This document shows positions 63,171 to 64,000 of a stretch of 64,000 bases of DNA, in pieces. A program made the translations under genes and the position numbers. Origin of the DNA: Candidatus Hadarchaeales archaeon (GTDB taxonomy: Archaea > Hadarchaeota > Hadarchaeia > Hadarchaeales > WYZ-LMO6); the NCBI GenBank assembly GCA_038851755.1, contig JAWCKR010000003.1, positions 1-64,000 on the forward strand. The letters are read 5' to 3'. Within the stretch, counting starts at the first letter, position 1, and every line of letters starts with the position of its first letter. The notes under the pieces were generated by a model. That model saw nothing but the letters and a program-made list of their open reading frames with translations. It was not told the DNA's origin and did not search any database.

Positions 63171-64000
63171 ATGGACGTCTCCCTCCTCTTCCCCCTCTCG
63201 GCCTCCCTCCTCCTGGCAGCGGGCATGGGCGCCAGCGACACCGCCGACGCCATGGGTACGGCGGTGGGGGCCAGGATCCTCTCCTACCGGAGGGCAGTCT
63301 TTCTCTTCGCCCTCTTCCTCTTCGTGGGGGCGGTGCTGGAGGGGGGGAAGCTGGTGGAGCCCGTGGGGAAGGGGGTGGTCTCCGGACCCCTCTTCTTAGA
63401 CCATCCCCTTCCCTTCTCCCTGGTTCTGCTCCTCTCGGGCGTGGCGGTGGTGGTCAGCGCCTGGCACGGCATCCCCCTCTCCACCCATCAGCTTATCCTG
63501 GGAGGGATCATCGGCGGGGGAGTGGCGGGCAGCCTGCTGGCGGGACCCGCGGAGGCCGGGCTTCAAGGAGGGAAGGTGCTGCAGGTGGTGGTGGCCTGGT
63601 GCCTCACCCCCTTCCTCTCCCTCCTCCTCTCCTTCCTCCTCTGCCGCCTCTTCAGGCGCCTCTTCCTCTCGGTGAAGGATCCCGCGGGCCTCAATCTCCT
63701 CTTCTCCCTGGGCGTCGTTTCCAGCGGGTGCTACATGGCGTACGTGATGGGGGCCAACGGCCTGGGCACCGTAATCGGGAGTTTCTTCGCCACCAGGGGG
63801 GGAGAGCTCACCCCTTCCTTCCTCCGCACCATGGCCCTGGGAGGGGCCGTGCTGGTGGTGGCAGGGGCCTTTGTGCTGGGGGAGAGGGTGGTGAGGACCG
63901 TGGGCAGCGGTTTGGCCCCCCTTTCGCCCACCAGCGCCATAGCCTCCCAGCTCAGCGCGGGCCTCAGCGTGCACCTCCTCACCCAGTACGGTCTTCCCGT
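63171..64000 (+). CDS. Inorganic phosphate transporter, PiT family (runs off the window end)
   Basis: Manual translation GMGASDTADAMGTAVGA, GIPLSTHQ, MGAN, V..TVG; absent from ORF track because no stop lies in the window. Confidence 0.85.
   Translation, partial: MDVSLLFPLSASLLLAAGMGASDTADAMGTAVGARILSYRRAVFLFALFLFVGAVLEGGKLVEPVGKGVVSGPLFLDHPLPFSLVLLLSGVAVVVSAWHGIPLSTHQLILGGIIGGGVAGSLLAGPAEAGLQGGKVLQVVVAWCLTPFLSLLLSFLLCRLFRRLFLSVKDPAGLNLLFSLGVVSSGCYMAYVMGANGLGTVIGSFFATRGGELTPSFLRTMALGGAVLVVAGAFVLGERVVRTVGSGLAPLSPTSAIASQLSAGLSVHLLTQYGLP

Overview
Gene-dense, GC-rich window with purine-rich coding strands from a thermophilic-looking anaerobic archaeon. Its gene order is euryarchaeal; a Hadarchaeota-like lineage is a guess and is not established from the sequence. 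Core content: a trpEGDCBAF operon, glmM-type mutase, gatCAB, two conserved informational clusters (nep1-rnp4-S19e-PDCD5-L39e-L31e-eIF6-pfdA-ftsY and dtdA-ftsZ-secE-spt5-L11-L1-L10-L12-dys-alaS-leuS), acs, sua5, Sm-L37e, psmB-aCPSF1, sepF and three tRNA genes (Gly-GCC, Val-GAC, Ala-GGC). Energy and accessory content: a complete rnfCDGEAB operon that converges on a single ORF fusing a multi-TM MOP/Wzx-like flippase to an ApbE flavin transferase. This is the strongest candidate for an undescribed system (coupled flavin export and flavinylation). Also present: a stand-alone 4-hydroxybutyryl-CoA dehydratase, a cassette of CPBP protease, Cys-His-Glu membrane protein and a ~1290-aa lower-GC surface protein, a Kv-type channel with nine S4 arginines, and a decayed low-GC integrated element next to tRNA-Ala. 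All calls come from motif recognition by eye; no database searches were run.
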